Source: Candidatus Eiseniibacteriota bacterium
Lineage (GTDB): Bacteria > Eisenbacteria > RBG-16-71-46 > CAVPCR01
NCBI GenBank assembly: GCA_963702435.1
Contig: CAVPCR010000005.1
Location: forward strand, 145,721-209,720
Length of the DNA: 64,000 bases
Direction: 5' to 3'
This document shows positions 60,420-64,000 of this stretch, piece after piece (position 1 is the stretch's first letter; each line of letters begins with the position of its first letter). Made by a program: the position numbers and the translations under genes. The notes below the pieces were generated by a model that was given only the letters and a program-made list of their open reading frames with translations, searched no databases and had not been told where the DNA came from.

Positions 60420-61739
60420 TTGCCCTTTTCTCGTCTCGGCCTCGCCCCCGAGGTCCTGCGCGGCGTCCGCGCCGCCGGCTACACTGATCCCACCCCGATC
60501 CAGGCTCAGGCCATCCCGACGATTCTCGCCGGGCACGACTTCATCGGTTGCGCGCAGACCGGCACCGGTAAGACCGCGGCCTTCGTGCTGCCGATCCTCA
60601 CCCAGCTCCGGGCCCGACCCGGAGAGGCCCCGCGCCGGGCCGGGGAAACGGAGGGCGTCCGCGTCCTCGTCCTCACCCCGACCCGAGAGCTCGCCGCGCA
60701 GGTCGAGACCGCCGTCCGCGATTACTCGCGGTTCATGAATCTGCGCTGCGCCGTGGTCTATGGCGGAGTGGCGATCGGCCCGCAGCAGTCCGCTCTGCGC
60801 CAGGGCGTCGACATCCTGGTGGCGACCCCGGGGCGCCTCCTCGATCACATGGAGCGCGGGAACGTCTTCTTCACCCGGCTCGAGATCCTGGTGCTCGACG
60901 AGGCCGATCGCATGGTGGACATGGGGTTCGCCCCCGATCTCGGCCGCATCCTGCGCAAGCTCCCGGCCGGACGCCAGACCCTCATGTTCTCGGCCACCAT
61001 GCCGCCCGAGCTGAACACGATCGCCAAGAAGGCCCTGGTCGATCCGGTGCGGGTGGACATCGCACCCAAGGTGAAGACGGCGGTCGGCATCCGCGAGGCG
61101 GTCTATCCGGTGCCGCGCCATCTGAAGACCGATCTCCTGCTCGAGCTCCTCTCCGCCAACGAGATGGACTCGGTGCTCGTCTTCGCGCGCACCAAGCGCG
61201 GCGCCGATCGCATCGCGCGCGAGATGGCCCAGGGCGGACACGCGGTGGCCGCCCTCCACTCGAATCGCAGCCAGGGGCAGCGGGAGCGCGCGCTCGCCGG
61301 ATTCCGCTCCGGCCGCTATCAGATCCTGGTGGCGACCGACATCGCGTCGCGCGGTCTGGACGTCGAGGGCATCTCGCACGTCATCAACTACGACGTGCCG
61401 CACCAGCCCGAGGATTACGTGCACCGCGCCGGACGCACCGCGCGCGCGCTCAAGGTCGGTGACGCCTTCACGCTCATGGCGCGCGACGAGGAGGATCTGG
61501 TGGCGGCCATCGAGCGCTTCACCGGGAAGGCCATCCCGCGCGTGATCCTGCCCGACTTCGACTACCGGCGCACGCAGGCGCGCGGCCGGGCCCGCCGCCC
61601 GCCACGCCCGCGGCCGGACAGAGCCGCTCTCGGATCCGCCGGCGAGGAAGAACCCCAGATGGTGAGCACCGTGGTCGCGGCGCGGAGCTTCGGGCGCGGC
61701 AAGGGGAAGGAAACGGCTCCCGACCGCCGGCGGCGGTGA
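60420..61739 (+). CDS. rhlE: DEAD-box ATP-dependent RNA helicase (RhlE-like)
   Basis: Q motif, AQTGTGKT, DEAD (VLDEAD), SAT and HRAGRTAR motifs. TTG 60420 with a GAGGAGA RBS. An alternative GTG lies at 60405. Confidence 0.85.
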   Translation: MPFSRLGLAPEVLRGVRAAGYTDPTPIQAQAIPTILAGHDFIGCAQTGTGKTAAFVLPILTQLRARPGEAPRRAGETEGVRVLVLTPTRELAAQVETAVRDYSRFMNLRCAVVYGGVAIGPQQSALRQGVDILVATPGRLLDHMERGNVFFTRLEILVLDEADRMVDMGFAPDLGRILRKLPAGRQTLMFSATMPPELNTIAKKALVDPVRVDIAPKVKTAVGIREAVYPVPRHLKTDLLLELLSANEMDSVLVFARTKRGADRIAREMAQGGHAVAALHSNRSQGQRERALAGFRSGRYQILVATDIASRGLDVEGISHVINYDVPHQPEDYVHRAGRTARALKVGDAFTLMARDEEDLVAAIERFTGKAIPRVILPDFDYRRTQARGRARRPPRPRPDRAALGSAGEEEPQMVSTVVAARSFGRGKGKETAPDRRRR

Positions 61740-61788
61740 GCGGGGTGGCGACCCGCCTGCGCGCGTCGCGGACGATCGAGGAGCGCGC

Positions 61789-63222
61789 CTAGCGGACCCG
61801 CTGCCGCTGGGCCTCCGGCTTGGTCTGGGTCGCCAGGTTGAAGCGGACGCCGTCCGCGCTCACCGCGAGATCGAGCCGCAGCATAGCTATGGACGGCAGC
61901 AGCGGGCGCAGGCCGATCCCGAAGCCCGTCTTCACGCGGCGCATCGCCAGGTCCTCGCTCTCGCTCCAGGCGATCCCGCCGTCCGCGAACAGCGCGGCCT
62001 GCAGGCCGATCGTGACCGGCCACTTGATGACGACGACCTCCCGCACGGGCAGGATGTTCCGCTGCATCTCGAGCGTCACGAGCCACTGGTTCTTGCCGTA
62101 GAGCTCCCTCCCCAGCTCGTCGACCTGGTGGCCGCGGATCGAGTTGGATCCCCCCATCAGGTAGTCCAGATAGACGGGGACGTCCGCACCCAGCTCGCCG
62201 CTCTGCAATGAGGTGAGATTGCTCAGGAGGAGCGCCGAGCGGGCGCCGAGCGGCTGGTAGCGGCGGATGTCGAGATCGGCGGTCGTGAAATCGCCGTCGC
62301 CGCCGAGCCAGCCGCCGGTCTTCCACACCTGGATCTCGTTCTCCCAGCCGCGGCGCGGATCGCGCTTCGAGTCCCGCGAATCCATGCCGAGCACGGCGCC
62401 GAGGCGGAAGAGGTCGTCTGCATTGTCGGGATCGAGCGTGATGCCATCGGTGTCGCTCTCCATCCGGAAGTACGAGAAGCCCGCGCTCGCCCGCCCGATC
62501 TGCCCGAGATAGGTGCCGACCCAGTTGGTCACCTCGGTGCTCGTCTCCTCGAATCCCCGCACGCCGTCGTCGCGGATCAAATGCGCGGCATAGGAATCGA
62601 AGGACAGATGGTTGGCCGCGATCCACGGCCAGGTGAAGCGGAGACTGTAGGTCGTGGAGCCTCCGAACAGGATGCGGCCGGAGGCCCCGATGTCGAGCCC
62701 GAAGAGATTGAGGGAGGAGACGGCCGGGCCGATGGCGAAGCCGTCCTCGTCGGTGATCTTGAGCGCAATGTAGGGGATCAACCACGGCATCTCGGTGACG
62801 GCGATGCCGACCGCGACCCCGGTGCTCTCTGGGCGCACGTCCGCGGTCACCGAGCCGAAGATGTCGAGATCGTTCAACCGCTCCGTGTCGGCGAGGAGCG
62901 TGTTGACAGCGAAGGGGCCGCCCACCTTGGAGGCGAGCTCCCGCCGGATCACGTAGTCCTTGGTGATGGAGTTCCCCGTCACGTCGACGCGGGCGATCGG
63001 CTGTCCCTCGAGCCCGCGGTACGCCTCGAATTGAGCTGCGGTCTGATCGGGAGGGATGGTGATGAGACCGTTCCAGCTCCAGACCGGCGCCGGCGAAGGC
63101 GCGGTCTCGTCGGACGCGGCGAGGGGCGCGGAGACGAGAAGGAGGAAGGCGAAGAAGCCGCCCCCGAGCGCCCGCACCGCGGGGCCGGCACTTCGTCCCG
63201 GCTGCCGCTGCCGGGATCGCAT
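61789..63222 (-). CDS. Omp85-family outer-membrane protein (BamA/TamA-like, single POTRA)
   Basis: Signal peptide. A POTRA-like segment (ARVDVTGNSITKDYVIRREL). C-terminal beta-barrel with a surface-antigen signature. GGTGAGGA RBS before ATG 63222. Confidence 0.65.
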   Translation of the reverse strand: MRSRQRQPGRSAGPAVRALGGGFFAFLLLVSAPLAASDETAPSPAPVWSWNGLITIPPDQTAAQFEAYRGLEGQPIARVDVTGNSITKDYVIRRELASKVGGPFAVNTLLADTERLNDLDIFGSVTADVRPESTGVAVGIAVTEMPWLIPYIALKITDEDGFAIGPAVSSLNLFGLDIGASGRILFGGSTTYSLRFTWPWIAANHLSFDSYAAHLIRDDGVRGFEETSTEVTNWVGTYLGQIGRASAGFSYFRMESDTDGITLDPDNADDLFRLGAVLGMDSRDSKRDPRRGWENEIQVWKTGGWLGGDGDFTTADLDIRRYQPLGARSALLLSNLTSLQSGELGADVPVYLDYLMGGSNSIRGHQVDELGRELYGKNQWLVTLEMQRNILPVREVVVIKWPVTIGLQAALFADGGIAWSESEDLAMRRVKTGFGIGLRPLLPSIAMLRLDLAVSADGVRFNLATQTKPEAQRQRVR

Positions 63223-63295
63223 ATAGTCCTCACCGTGCATTGTGTGGAGAGTACTGGGGCCTGTAAAGCGCGACAAGCGCGAATGGGGCGCACCA

Positions 63296-64000
63296 TGCCC
63301 ATGCGAGCGAACATCGGGTTCACTTGCTGCTGGATCGGAGCGCTGTTCATCATCGCGGCGACTTCGGCGGTGGCGGTCAGCGCGGAACCCGAGCCACCCG
63401 CCGGCGATGAGCCGATCAAGTCGATGGGCTTCCCGCCCACCTGGAAGCCGAGCGCGGGGGCCATGCTCGACTGGGACCGGCGCGGACCGGGGAGCGAGCT
63501 CGGCGCCGAGTTCCATGCCTCGATCTACCGCGATCTCCTGAACCCCGCCACTGCCGCCCTCGGCTGGGCCGGCGAGGGGTACGTGCGCTACGTGGGCGAG
63601 GAGCCCGACGGCGGCCTCCGCCTCTTCCTCGCGAGCCCGGCCGCGGAGCTCCAGCTCGGCGTGGACTACTCCTTCCGGGAAGACCAGGTCGACTTCGTCC
63701 TGTCGTTGACCCCGGCGTTTCGCCGCGGCGGGCTCTTCGGCGTGGGCGACCATCTCCGGATCGACTGGTACCCGGAGCGCGACAACTCGTTCATGTTCGG
63801 CATCGGCGTGCCGCTCGGGCAGCCCCACATGGGGAAGACCAGGCCGCGCGACAAGCAGGTCGAGCTGCCGAAGCCGGCGGCGCGCGAAATGCCGGCAGGA
63901 GCAGCGTATGAGCCCGGTCCCGATCTCCGCGCCGCACTCGAGAACGTGCGCCATGCCGCCACCGCGATCCAGAGCTGCACGGTCCCGTTCCTCGATCGCG
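63296..64000 (+). CDS. hypothetical secreted protein, 3'-partial (runs off the window; not in the ORF track)
   Basis: ATG 63296 followed by a signal peptide (MPMRANIGFTCCWIGALFIIAATSAVAVSA). Open frame to the window end with non-repetitive composition. Confidence 0.45.

Overview
The window is very GC-rich (about 70%) bacterial chromosomal DNA. Genes are tightly packed and there are no rRNA, tRNA or CRISPR features. Because of the GC content, many long ORFs in the six-frame track are antisense shadows of real genes. Only ORFs with recognisable protein families, signal peptides or ribosome-binding sites were called.

Main content, 5' to 3':
- A 5'-truncated, frameshifted GH1 beta-glucosidase, a dodecin and a pirin.
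- A long minus-strand block of type IX secretion system (T9SS) cargo genes: a BNR-repeat beta-propeller protein, two tandem paralogous giant proteins (about 1180 aa each), and a thioredoxin-like protein with an in-frame TGA. All four end in T9SS C-terminal sorting domains.
- Inside that block, a tandemly duplicated cassette (about 1.29 kb) encoding a catalytically dead alkyltransferase-like (ATL, PWHR motif) protein and a secreted tetrahaem cytochrome c.
- Also inside that block, a TPR + sigma-54 activator gene with a canonical sigma-54 promoter in front of the giant paralogs.
- A sugar-utilisation locus (a GH15-like hydrolase, a three-gene ABC sugar uptake system and a GH144-like glucanase) riddled with frameshifts.
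- A GT-C-like membrane protein.
- An Rrf2 regulator next to an about 1870-aa tandem-fused double UvrA.
- An acyl-CoA dehydrogenase.
- A DUF222/HNH endonuclease gene flanked by identical 20-bp direct repeats that contain a 14-bp perfect palindrome, plus minisatellites.
- A pdxR-pdxS-pdxT cluster with a 22-bp x7 tandem array between pdxS and pdxT.
- Small envelope proteins.
- Pyruvate kinase.
- A minus-strand metabolic operon: PFOR (nifJ), a DHOD-like gene, pgl, glgX and pgm, with pgm carrying an N-terminal 15-bp coding tandem repeat.
- Housekeeping genes: an LTXXQ periplasmic protein, an RNB exoribonuclease, an FMN reductase, an RRM protein, RhlE and an Omp85 protein.

The most interesting observations are the candidate selenocysteine codon (UxxC) with a downstream SECIS-like hairpin in a T9SS-sorted thioredoxin-like protein, the duplicated ATL-cytochrome cassette embedded in a sigma-54-controlled T9SS cargo island, the repeat-flanked HNH element, and the fused double UvrA.
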